Below are positions 49,503 through 57,642 of a DNA stretch of 64,000 nucleotides, piece after piece (position 1 is the stretch's first letter; each line of letters starts with the position of its first letter). Position numbers and translations under genes: made by a program. Source of the stretch: a virus; the IMG/VR virus record IMGVR_UViG_3300009060_000001, positions 3,826 through 67,825 of that record; one strand, given 5' to 3'. The notes under the pieces are model-generated. The model saw nothing but the letters and a program-made list of their open reading frames with translations, was not told the origin of the DNA and made no database searches.

Positions 49503-49531
49503 ATGTTAGTAAACTTCTTTAACAGTGTCAA
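49503..49531 (-). promoter_or_regulatory. Near-consensus sigma70 promoter
   Basis: TTGACA-CTGTTAAAGAAGTTTAC-TAACAT. Confidence 0.75.
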
Positions 49532-49533
49532 AT

Positions 49534-49572
49534 AAAAAAGCGCTCTGGACCAACCGATAAGTCCAAAGCGCT
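49534..49572 (-). terminator. Intrinsic terminator after the tRNA-Met/ncRNA unit
   Basis: AGCGCTTTGGAC-loop-GTCCAGAGCGC-TTTTTT. Confidence 0.85.
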
Positions 49573-49592
49573 GATGAGCAAACAAATCCTTG

Positions 49593-49698
49593 TGGCCCTA
49601 CGGTAGATTCCGGAAACCAAAGGTATCCTACTTTACTACCGGCTCCTGAAAAGCAACGCAGTTCGGCCGGTTTCAGGTTCGGCTTCACCACTCGGGCC
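49593..49698 (-). ncRNA. Cloverleaf-like structured RNA
   Basis: GGCCC/GGGCC-A closing stem; CCTGAAA/TTTCAGG; GGTAG/CTACC enclosing GGATACC/GGTTTCC. Confidence 0.5.
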
Positions 49699-49735
49699 TT
49701 TTTCTGTGTGGTTTAATGGCAATAAATCAAATTTG

Positions 49736-49808
49736 TGGCGAGAGCTGGATTCGAACCAGCGACCTCCGGATTATGAGCCCGGCGAGCTACCAGCTGCTCT
49801 ACCTCGCT
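49736..49808 (-). tRNA. tRNA-Met(CAT), initiator-like
   Basis: AGCGAGG..CCGGG-CTCATAA-TCCGG..GCTGGTTCGAATCCAGC-TCTCGCC-A; 1:72 mismatch as in tRNA-fMet. Confidence 0.9.
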
Positions 49809-49877
49809 ATAAAACCCCTGCCAGCTAAGACAGGGTAACATTATACATATAATGATAGAATGATAGTAAATGAGCGT

Positions 49878-49917
49878 AAAAAAAGAAAGCCCCCAGGGGG
49901 ATTAGTTCCGGGGGCTT
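49878..49917 (-). terminator. Intrinsic terminator
   Basis: AAGCCCCCGG...CTGGGGGCTT-TCTTTTTTT. Confidence 0.8.
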
Positions 49918-50230
49918 GTGATGATTGGTTTCAGCTTGGGATGCTGTGAATGCTGGGACGTATGATTGGAAACCCAGCAAGAACCAATTATGGAAGATAA
50001 ATTCGGGGATAGTGCATACCAAAAGGGCCTCATCTATCCTTTTGGATTTCTAGGCATAGATCCCTACACCATCCCTGGGCTAGCTGACCAGGCCAAGGTA
50101 CAATCAGTAAAAAAAGGTAGCAGCCAGGCTCCTCATTCCCGGCTGCATCAACCATCAAACAACTCATTCGAGTTGGGCACATTTCAACCGTTAGAAGTAT
50201 AACAAATCATTGGAACATCACCAACGTAAA

Positions 50231-50893
50231 TTAATGGCTCCGTTTGTTTTTTAGATCTTCGGGAATAAGAGCATCCACTGATTCTTCGATAATTTCAGCA
50301 TTTTCAATTTCCGAAATATCTTCTTGAACTTCTTGGGGTAACTGTGGAGCGCGAACCGTAAGGTTCTGATTAAACTCGATGTTTTGCTGCCTTCGCTGCT
50401 TGGCCGGGCCAACACGATCCATAAAATCAGAAATGGCTCGCATCTCCGATCGGCCTAGCGTTTTTTCCCCGGCAGCACCTTTAGCCAAGTTTAATGTTAC
50501 TTTTGGTAAATAAGACAAAAGGATATCCTCGGATGCTTGGACTGATTCCTCCATTCGCGTTTTCCGGGATTCGGCCAGATACCGATCCCAAGCTTCCGCG
50601 CGGTTAATCCAATCATAATCAATGCTCCATTTCTGGATGTTGCCGGTTGATGTTTTCTTCCCATAAATCACCTTGGCCAGCTTTTGCTGTGATCGTTCAT
50701 GTGGGCCAAGATCAAGATACAGAAGGAAAGCACTGTATGCCGTTGTGGATTCCTTTGGAAGCTGATCCCAGGGCATTTGGTTGCGATCGGATTTTTCAAG
50801 CTCCTTTTTATTGCGTGTGTTTTTTTGAATATACGGATGCACTTCGCCATGAAGGGCATAAGAAAAACTATTGGAATCGCCTTTCTCGCTCAT
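50231..50893 (-). CDS. terS: Terminase small subunit
   Basis: PWDQLPKES..AYSAF..YLDLG..RS..KLA...KWS..YDW..RAEAWD pattern; upstream of terL. Confidence 0.7.
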   Translation of the reverse strand: MSEKGDSNSFSYALHGEVHPYIQKNTRNKKELEKSDRNQMPWDQLPKESTTAYSAFLLYLDLGPHERSQQKLAKVIYGKKTSTGNIQKWSIDYDWINRAEAWDRYLAESRKTRMEESVQASEDILLSYLPKVTLNLAKGAAGEKTLGRSEMRAISDFMDRVGPAKQRRQQNIEFNQNLTVRAPQLPQEVQEDISEIENAEIIEESVDALIPEDLKNKRSH

Positions 50894-51667
50894 AATGGGG
50901 TAATCGATTGGGGTTGAGTTATTTTGAATATATAATTTGAGATGGGGTTCTAAAAATAAAACATCTCTCTCGCGGTGGGGATTTTTAATAGAATGCGCGC
51001 AGGGACCCGCGATTTTTGGCCACGCACCGGTCGCAAAAACATCGTTGGGGCCCCCTTTTAGCCTGGACTAACATTAATGATAGATGCAGCTAGATGGCCA
51101 GATCCATCCCGAGGTTGCTCGAATGTAAAGTATTATAGAATAGTTAACATTCATTTGTATGAATGCAGGCCATAAACGGCATTTTGGGGATAAACGCCTA
51201 AAAACTGGCTTCACATTTTGATTTTAAGGGCTTCGCTTGGATTCCGGCATTCAAACCATGCAGCTATTTCGGGATTTCTGGCCAGATCCGGCAAAGATCC
51301 AGCTGCCCGGCTGTGGGTTCTGGCAACCTTCGCCACATCCTGACAAAGTGCGCAAGACTGGCCAGAATTTTCGGGATCAAAATGCAGCAGCAGCCAACAA
51401 CCAAATTGAACCAAATCAACAAACTTATATAACAATATGAAGCGCTAGCGTGATACGATTCTTTACCAGTGTGCCCTTTAAAGCTTGTAAAGGCCATTTA
51501 GGGCAAAATTCCAGAGCACCCAAAAACATAAGACAAGTTTCTTGAATCAAGAAGTTTATTAACGCACAAAAATACCTTAGCAGCTTATACGGATTGATTT
51601 CGTTCAAAATTGCATTATCTTCTGAATGAGTTATTAAAAAACTACTAAACACGTAATTAAATAAGTT

Positions 51668-52309
51668 ATGAGAGGAGCCAGACCGCTAGAGCATCCCGAA
51701 GTAGAGCAGCTACTAAGAGAAGGTTTTACAGGCCAGTTTAAGCACCGTAACAGATCACTTTTTGCAATAGGTGTATCCACTGGATTCCGATGCAGTGAGC
51801 TACTAGCGTTAACCTTTCGGGATGTGATCCATAGACGTTATCCAAAAGACTGGATCAAGATTAACAAACGACACACGAAGGGAAAGACACAAGGACGGAC
51901 AAACCAGCTGCAACCATTCGCTAAGAAATCCCTGCAACCTTGGATCGAAATCCGAAGGGAGCAGCAGCCAGAAATACCCATACTACTGGATGCACCTGTT
52001 TTTTTGTCAAGAGAGATCAACCAGCGGACCGGAGAAATAAAAGCTATTAGCCTGGATCAAGCTGGCAAGATCCTGCGCGCTGCTTTCAAGCGCTGCGATA
52101 TTACTGGCAGCGTATCAACTCACACGATGCGCAAGACATTCGCTAAAATTGCCTACCGGAATGCCGTAAAAAAATATCAGGCCGGAGAGCTGCTAAAAGA
52201 ACCCATCTTTGTAGTTAAAGACCTGTTAGGCCACAAACATCTAAATGATACCCTTAAATATTTATCATTCTTGGGCAGCCAGATAGATGAATTTGATTAT
52301 CAATTTTGA
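51668..52309 (+). CDS. Tyrosine recombinase, catalytic domain only
   Basis: TGFRCSELLAL, STHTMRKTFA, LGHKHLNDTLKY. Confidence 0.9.
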   Translation: MRGARPLEHPEVEQLLREGFTGQFKHRNRSLFAIGVSTGFRCSELLALTFRDVIHRRYPKDWIKINKRHTKGKTQGRTNQLQPFAKKSLQPWIEIRREQQPEIPILLDAPVFLSREINQRTGEIKAISLDQAGKILRAAFKRCDITGSVSTHTMRKTFAKIAYRNAVKKYQAGELLKEPIFVVKDLLGHKHLNDTLKYLSFLGSQIDEFDYQF

Positions 52310-52314
52310 TAAAG

Positions 52315-52350
52315 AAACCTATTGATTAAAAGGACAGATTTATTTATATA
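52315..52350 (+). promoter_or_regulatory. Early promoter 1
   Basis: AAACCTA-TTGATT-17-TATATA; near-identical to the promoter at 54591. Confidence 0.7.
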
Positions 52351-52382
52351 TCCGGTACACAATAATCAATTAGGTGCTAAAC

Positions 52383-52700
52383 ATGGATACAATAACAAGA
52401 ACAGACGTTTTAAATCATTTTGAAACGGCAATAACAGCAATTCGACAATTCCGGGAAAGCTGGCGCGGACGTTTTAGCCGTAGCATTTTAGGCAGCTTTA
52501 AAGATCTTGAATACAACATAGATCAAGAGCTCCAGATGATCGACTATTTAACCGTACACCCATCCAGCAGCTTCACCAATGATGATTGGGCTCTTTTTGA
52601 TAAGCTTACATTAATCATTGATGAAGATCTGGAGCAGCTGCGACACCAGCGAATAAAACCGGCAAAGATAACCCTCACTAATCAATACAATAACTTTTAA
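52383..52700 (+). CDS. Early hypothetical protein
   Basis: ATG 52383 follows TTAGGTGCTA. Confidence 0.7.
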   Translation: MDTITRTDVLNHFETAITAIRQFRESWRGRFSRSILGSFKDLEYNIDQELQMIDYLTVHPSSSFTNDDWALFDKLTLIIDEDLEQLRHQRIKPAKITLTNQYNNF

Positions 52701-52717
52701 CCTTTTAGGTGCTAAAT

Positions 52718-53401
52718 ATGAATGAACGAATCGAAAAACTAAAGAAGAAACAAGCCGAAGAACTGGCCAAGGCCGAAGCCGAAGAATCAGCGCGCAAGCT
52801 GATCCCGGAAAAATACTTGTCCACATTCTTGCAATACCGGAGCAAAAAACTGGCAGAGTTTGGCGCGACCTACCGACCGGAAAACATTTCGAACGCTATG
52901 GCGCTGCTGGATCTATTCGACAAAGAGCCAACCAGCTCGGTACTAGCTAAGGGGACGTTTACCGGATTTCGGGAAAAGTCTATTGCCGAAGCGGACGAAA
53001 GCATGAACGAAATTACCAATATTGTGCCGTTCTGGATCAAGGTGGATGAGTCCCCACATTCGCACGATGCTAATATTGTTTTTAACTATCCGATCACATC
53101 CGGCATTGTTGGCATAAGCATAGAGCTCCCATCTCATTTACTGCGCAAATTAGTACAGGTAACGTTTAAGCGCGTAGATTTTCGCGGTGGGTATCGTTTT
53201 GATAATGTGCGCGCACACGTTTTAGATCCGGCACAAGTCTTATACGATGGCTCTGAATCCGTAGCCAATGCAGCAAGCCCCATAAAATGGGGTAGAGGTG
53301 GCAACGAGTACGTAAATGACTATACATTTTACTGGCTGCCAACCGGAGTAGAACCGGCAAGTTGGTACGAAGTTTTAAAAAGCTTATTGCGCAAAGTTTA
53401 G
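52718..53401 (+). CDS. Early hypothetical protein
   Basis: ATG 52718 follows TTAGGTGCTA. Confidence 0.75.
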   Translation: MNERIEKLKKKQAEELAKAEAEESARKLIPEKYLSTFLQYRSKKLAEFGATYRPENISNAMALLDLFDKEPTSSVLAKGTFTGFREKSIAEADESMNEITNIVPFWIKVDESPHSHDANIVFNYPITSGIVGISIELPSHLLRKLVQVTFKRVDFRGGYRFDNVRAHVLDPAQVLYDGSESVANAASPIKWGRGGNEYVNDYTFYWLPTGVEPASWYEVLKSLLRKV

Positions 53402-53487
53402 CGCCTATAACCTGTGGCCGGGATGTTGATCCGTTCCGGCTTCTTCTCTCAACTTAACCCACAACCATAAAAAAAATAGGTGCTAAT

Positions 53488-53958
53488 ATGTTCACTTACC
53501 ACGCTAGAGGAGTTAAACACGAACGCGACAGCGAAGGCAATAAGCTGGATCACATCCAGCAAATTACCAACGACAGCGAAACCCCGGAATTTTGGAGCGT
53601 TTACCGGCGGAACCCGGACGATCCCACATCAACGCGCTGTATTGCTGATTTCTTTGGAGATGATATGGAACGCAATGCAAAAGATTTTGAGCTGCTAAAA
53701 AATGACTGTCCGGCAGCCGATAGAATAGCCGTTCTTATTACGCGCATAAATGCCGTAAAAAATACGTGGCTGGAAGTTTATAAAGTTCCGCGCGCTGGCT
53801 GCAAGATCGAAGGCGGAAAGCGCGCGACCGCTATTTTTGTCAACGGCAAAAAATTAGATAGCCAACTGGCAGCCATTCAATACGTTCATCAGGTTTTTGG
53901 TGTAGCGTATGCCAAAGATTTGAAAGCTGCTTTTAAAACCCAATACTGGCCAGTTTAA
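53488..53958 (+). CDS. Early hypothetical protein
   Basis: ATG follows TAGGTGCTA. Confidence 0.7.
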   Translation: MFTYHARGVKHERDSEGNKLDHIQQITNDSETPEFWSVYRRNPDDPTSTRCIADFFGDDMERNAKDFELLKNDCPAADRIAVLITRINAVKNTWLEVYKVPRAGCKIEGGKRATAIFVNGKKLDSQLAAIQYVHQVFGVAYAKDLKAAFKTQYWPV

Positions 53959-53981
53959 TTTTAATCTTAGGTGCTAACCTT

Positions 53982-54146
53982 ATGGATGCTATTATTGTAT
54001 TATCAATCGGAACGCTGGCATGTTTTATAGGAGCATGGAGAACAGAGGACCAAAACAATAGAGATATTTATCTCATTTGTGCCATTGTTTTCCTGTTCAT
54101 TATTGCCAGTCATGCCATGTTTAACCCTTACTTACAACTTAAATAA
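53982..54146 (+). CDS. Small two-TM membrane protein (54 aa)
   Basis: Manual translation MDAIIVLSIGTLACFIGAWRTEDQNNRDIYLICAIVFLFIIASHAMFNPYLQLK; preceded by TTAGGTGCTA. Confidence 0.65.
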   Translation: MDAIIVLSIGTLACFIGAWRTEDQNNRDIYLICAIVFLFIIASHAMFNPYLQLK

Positions 54147-54153
54147 GCCAACT

Positions 54154-54522
54154 ATGAAAACCATCGAACAAAAAACAATCGGGCCGGATCAATTTAACGA
54201 AAGGCTAGCCAATGTAAATCGTTACTGGAATAACATCGAAAAACGTGGGGAAGCCAAGAACCAGGCAAGCGAAGAATTAAAAGAAAAATGCCGTTTCATC
54301 TTCGTGCGCGATGATGGTTGGAGTATTGCCAGCGCTGCATATTATCCAGCGCTCCAGCTCTGGCCAGATGATTGGGAAATTATTTACACGCTGCGCAAAC
54401 CTCACCAAACATTAGAGGGCAATTCCAAGCGCTCAAAATGGACCGGAACAAAACGGCAATTCATGGACAACATGAGCGATGCCAGCGGTCGCGTATTTAG
54501 CGATGCAGATCCCGGACTCTAA
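54154..54522 (+). CDS. Early hypothetical protein
   Basis: Start moved to ATG 54154. Confidence 0.65.
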   Translation: MKTIEQKTIGPDQFNERLANVNRYWNNIEKRGEAKNQASEELKEKCRFIFVRDDGWSIASAAYYPALQLWPDDWEIIYTLRKPHQTLEGNSKRSKWTGTKRQFMDNMSDASGRVFSDADPGL

Positions 54523-54549
54523 TCAACGGTAGTAAACCCCGGAAGGATC

Positions 54550-54585
54550 GAGCTGGCCAGTTTAACCGCTGGCTGGCTCTTTTTA
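54550..54585 (+). terminator. Intrinsic terminator
   Basis: GAGCTGGCCAG-loop-CTGGCTGGCTC-TTTTT. Confidence 0.75.
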
Positions 54586-54590
54586 TAAAC

Positions 54591-54626
54591 AAACTTATTG
54601 ATTTAAAGGACATATTTATTTATATA
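54591..54626 (+). promoter_or_regulatory. Early promoter 2
   Basis: AAACTTA-TTGATT-17-TATATA. Confidence 0.7.
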
Positions 54627-54659
54627 CAAGTACTGAAACATTAATTAATCTTAGGTGCT

Positions 54660-55190
54660 ATGACTGATTTTATTATTTCGCTGCAAGTTGCAGACGATTC
54701 ATTTCAAGAACTGGACACAAAAGCACACAAAAACAGCGCTGGCCATGTAACCGGATCAATGGTTTTACAGAATGCTATTAGCAGGGCCGTTGAAGATACT
54801 GGCGTATCGGTTGGCTACCTTAGTATGAAGATGCTAGCCACCGTTAAGCGCGATGATCCAGAGCTAAGAATAAACTGCGAAGCCCTAGCCGAGCACATCC
54901 CGATAAAAGGGAACGCGCTGGCTTCTGGCGATGATGAGCTGGACAGACGAACCGAACAGCTTATTCAGGAGCAGCTGGAAGCCGGAAATATTTGGGCATG
55001 GTGTACGGTTGAAGTATCAGTAGAATGGAACGGGATCGAATCCGAAGAAGAATATTTAGGATGCTGTTCGTATAAATCCCGAAGCGATTTCGCGGAAAAT
55101 TCTGGCTATTATGAGGACATGGTAAGTACATGCCTTGACAATCTTAATAAAAAACTGGCGGATCTCCGCCGGAAATCCCTGGAAGTATGA
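54660..55190 (+). CDS. Early hypothetical protein
   Basis: 176 aa; WAWCTVEVSVEW..EEYLGCCSY motif; ATG overlaps TTAGGTGCTA. Confidence 0.75.
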   Translation: MTDFIISLQVADDSFQELDTKAHKNSAGHVTGSMVLQNAISRAVEDTGVSVGYLSMKMLATVKRDDPELRINCEALAEHIPIKGNALASGDDELDRRTEQLIQEQLEAGNIWAWCTVEVSVEWNGIESEEEYLGCCSYKSRSDFAENSGYYEDMVSTCLDNLNKKLADLRRKSLEV

Positions 55191-56011
55191 ACAGCTTAAT
55201 ATCTCTTTACGATGCAAGTGGCAACTGGCCGGAACCGTTCGCGCGTTCCGGCTGGATTGTCCATCAACTAGATCTAAAATTAGGCTATGATGTTTTAGAT
55301 TTTGATACCGCACAGCGATGCCTTGAAACCTTTGGCGATGTGGATGGAATTCTGGCAGCTCCAGAGTGCCGAGTCTTTACCAATTCAAGCGCATGGAAAT
55401 GGCCAGACTATAACCGCGATGGTGAAACCGAAGCATCGTTGCAGCTGGTCCGGCAAGTGCAGCGCTTTGCAGAACTCTTTAAGCCTACGGATTTCGATTA
55501 TTACCGCGAATCCGGGAAGCCGTTCTTTTGGGCGCTGGAGAACCCACCCGGACGATTGCCTAAGCTGGTCCCGGGATTGGGGGAAGCTTTTTTCTTTCAT
55601 CCTTGGGAGTATGCCGGTTATCTGGATCACAGTGAAGAAGATCTGGCTCGACTGGAGCAGCTTCGAAATACTCCAGTAAAAGATATTACTTGGGAGGATG
55701 CCGAATTTGTGCTTGATTGCAACGCCTATACCAAACATACCGGCATTTGGGGGGAATTCTGTAGGCACATCCCAAAGAAACCCATTCTGCCGGTGAAGTG
55801 CTGCCCATCCGGTAGCCCTATGCAAATGCTTGGGGGCAACAGAGAGCGCACGAAAGAAATTAGAAGCAGGACACCGCTGGGGTTTGCCCGAGCGTTCTAC
55901 GAAGCAAATAAAGACTATCAAGCGCCATTGTCCCGGGACAAACAGACTGGCCTATTCGGGACTGGCGACAAAAGCGAAGATGATCCAATGGCCTGGATCA
56001 TGCGAGATTAA
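55187..56011 (+). CDS. DNA cytosine-C5 methyltransferase-like protein
   Basis: ISLYDASG (motif I variant), ILAAPEC (motif IV variant), WALENP (motif VI), YTKHTGIWG, RSRTPLGFARAF. Confidence 0.75.
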   Translation: MNSLISLYDASGNWPEPFARSGWIVHQLDLKLGYDVLDFDTAQRCLETFGDVDGILAAPECRVFTNSSAWKWPDYNRDGETEASLQLVRQVQRFAELFKPTDFDYYRESGKPFFWALENPPGRLPKLVPGLGEAFFFHPWEYAGYLDHSEEDLARLEQLRNTPVKDITWEDAEFVLDCNAYTKHTGIWGEFCRHIPKKPILPVKCCPSGSPMQMLGGNRERTKEIRSRTPLGFARAFYEANKDYQAPLSRDKQTGLFGTGDKSEDDPMAWIMRD

Positions 56012-56012
56012 G

Positions 56013-56048
56013 AAACTTATTGATGATATAAAGTTATTTCTTTATAAT
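56013..56048 (+). promoter_or_regulatory. Early promoter 3
   Basis: AAACTTA-TTGATG-17-TATAAT. Confidence 0.7.
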
Positions 56049-56082
56049 ACCCTTTCACGTTAACAAATTCTTAGGTGCTACT

Positions 56083-56319
56083 ATGAATAAAACAAAGAAG
56101 CTTCGCGAACTGGAGCAAAAGCATATCAGTAAAGGTACGCCAGTAATGATCCGGGCCCCTGAATCTATGCGCGTATCCAAGTTTAATGGCCGTAAAGGAG
56201 AAATTAAGCGGATTAAATGCGGTTACAATCCCATTCCCGAGATAGAGCTAGAAGATGGGACACAGTTAGCCGTAGAATTGAAGTACTTAGTCATACCACA
56301 ACAAACTAACCTATTTTAA
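56083..56319 (+). CDS. Small KOW/SH3-like protein ending QTNLF
   Basis: KGTPV.I......FNGRKGEI beta-barrel pattern. Confidence 0.65.
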   Translation: MNKTKKLRELEQKHISKGTPVMIRAPESMRVSKFNGRKGEIKRIKCGYNPIPEIELEDGTQLAVELKYLVIPQQTNLF

Positions 56320-56321
56320 TT

Positions 56322-56621
56322 ATGCCTGCTACAAGAGCTTTAAAAGGAACCGTAGCCCTAGAAATGGCTGTCAGTATTGAAGAACAAGCGCAGCGCGCTG
56401 GAATCCCGATGCGTAAGGTAGCCCAAACGATGAGCAAAAATATAAATGATCTGGATGAACTTTTTGAGGATGGCGGACACGTTCGATGCGTTCATTTTAT
56501 GGATATTGGAGATCAAAAATATGCCAGGCAATTTGGAGAAATCGAATCACCGGATTGGGAAATTGCCAGATTCGAAGTTAAAGATTTAGCTGTTGAGCTG
56601 CTGGAATTGAAATATTTGTAA
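56322..56621 (+). CDS. Hypothetical protein (possible HTH)
   Basis: AQRAGIPMRKVAQTMSKN. Confidence 0.6.
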   Translation: MPATRALKGTVALEMAVSIEEQAQRAGIPMRKVAQTMSKNINDLDELFEDGGHVRCVHFMDIGDQKYARQFGEIESPDWEIARFEVKDLAVELLELKYL

Positions 56622-56716
56622 AGATCCTACCTTAGAAGTCCTAACGTAATCGTAGCTGGTCTGCTGATTCGGGCCAGCTTCCTTTTCACTATAACCGAAA
56701 CCTAATCTTAGGTGCT

Positions 56717-57145
56717 ATGATTAAACTAACCGAAGCGCGACCGCGCGAAATCCTCATGTACTTAGAGCTGGAGCATGGCGGACAAACCTACGAAATCGAG
56801 TGCGAAGTTGATGCCGAAATGGGAATCGTCAACCGCGTAAGCGAAATAAATGGAAACGAGCTGCCAGATTTGGCCGTAGAGCGCGCAAAAAGATATATAC
56901 AACACTGCAACTGGAGCTTTGAAGCATCGGGCGAACGCGATCCCTTTCCGATTCCCATCGATGTAGTTGTGGCCATTAAAGGAGGAACATTTCACGAACT
57001 TTGGACCAACCGTTCTAACGTCAATATTCACAAAATTGATATTGATAAGGACAGCGAAGATCCGGTACTGTATCAAAAGGTAAAAGCCGAAACTATTGGC
57101 AATCCCATGAAGATGGTTCAAAAATATCAATCCGAATTTAAATAA
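56717..57145 (+). CDS. Early hypothetical protein
   Basis: ATG overlaps TTAGGTGCTA. Confidence 0.7.
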   Translation: MIKLTEARPREILMYLELEHGGQTYEIECEVDAEMGIVNRVSEINGNELPDLAVERAKRYIQHCNWSFEASGERDPFPIPIDVVVAIKGGTFHELWTNRSNVNIHKIDIDKDSEDPVLYQKVKAETIGNPMKMVQKYQSEFK

Positions 57146-57153
57146 CTCTTATT

Positions 57154-57642
57154 ATGAATCTTTCCGATGCTAAAGAACTGGCCAAGGGCGATACTGTGTA
57201 TATGACAGTAAGCCAGGCAGAAAACAATTATGGGCTGCGCTATGTAGGGCAGCCGTTAACCGTTTCCCATATTGCAACCAACAGCGATCAACATCCGGGA
57301 TATGATGAAGCAACCGGCGGAATCCTGTTTTATTTTGAAGAACTTGAATTCTCTTTATACGAATGGGAGATTCAGCTGGATGATCCGGATGTGGTTTATG
57401 GATTCAAAGCAAAGTTGGAGCGTTCGGATTTTCACGAAGTAAGTTTATTTTTCGATGTGGAATTCGAAGGCGAAGATTACAAGATCTGGATTTTATACGA
57501 TCTGGAGCAGCGCGCTATTGTGCAAATGACAGAGCAAGCGCATAGCAGAGATATTTCTGATATGCTGGCTGCGCGTTTAGAGGACCGCGTAACCAACAAA
57601 CTGAAATTCCATACATCAATTGAAGATAATGGATCAGCTTAG
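57154..57642 (+). CDS. Early hypothetical protein
   Basis: 162-aa acidic ORF. Confidence 0.7.
   Translation: MNLSDAKELAKGDTVYMTVSQAENNYGLRYVGQPLTVSHIATNSDQHPGYDEATGGILFYFEELEFSLYEWEIQLDDPDVVYGFKAKLERSDFHEVSLFFDVEFEGEDYKIWILYDLEQRAIVQMTEQAHSRDISDMLAARLEDRVTNKLKFHTSIEDNGSA

Noticed and set aside
49540-49625. Hammerhead ribozyme on the + strand (CTGATGAG ... GAAA)
   Set aside because: Stem II closure and stem III partner are missing; the hairpin is explained by the minus-strand terminator
49922-49990. Hammerhead-like three-way junction ending GAAAC
   Set aside because: Lacks the CUGANGA core; kept only as an unknown structure
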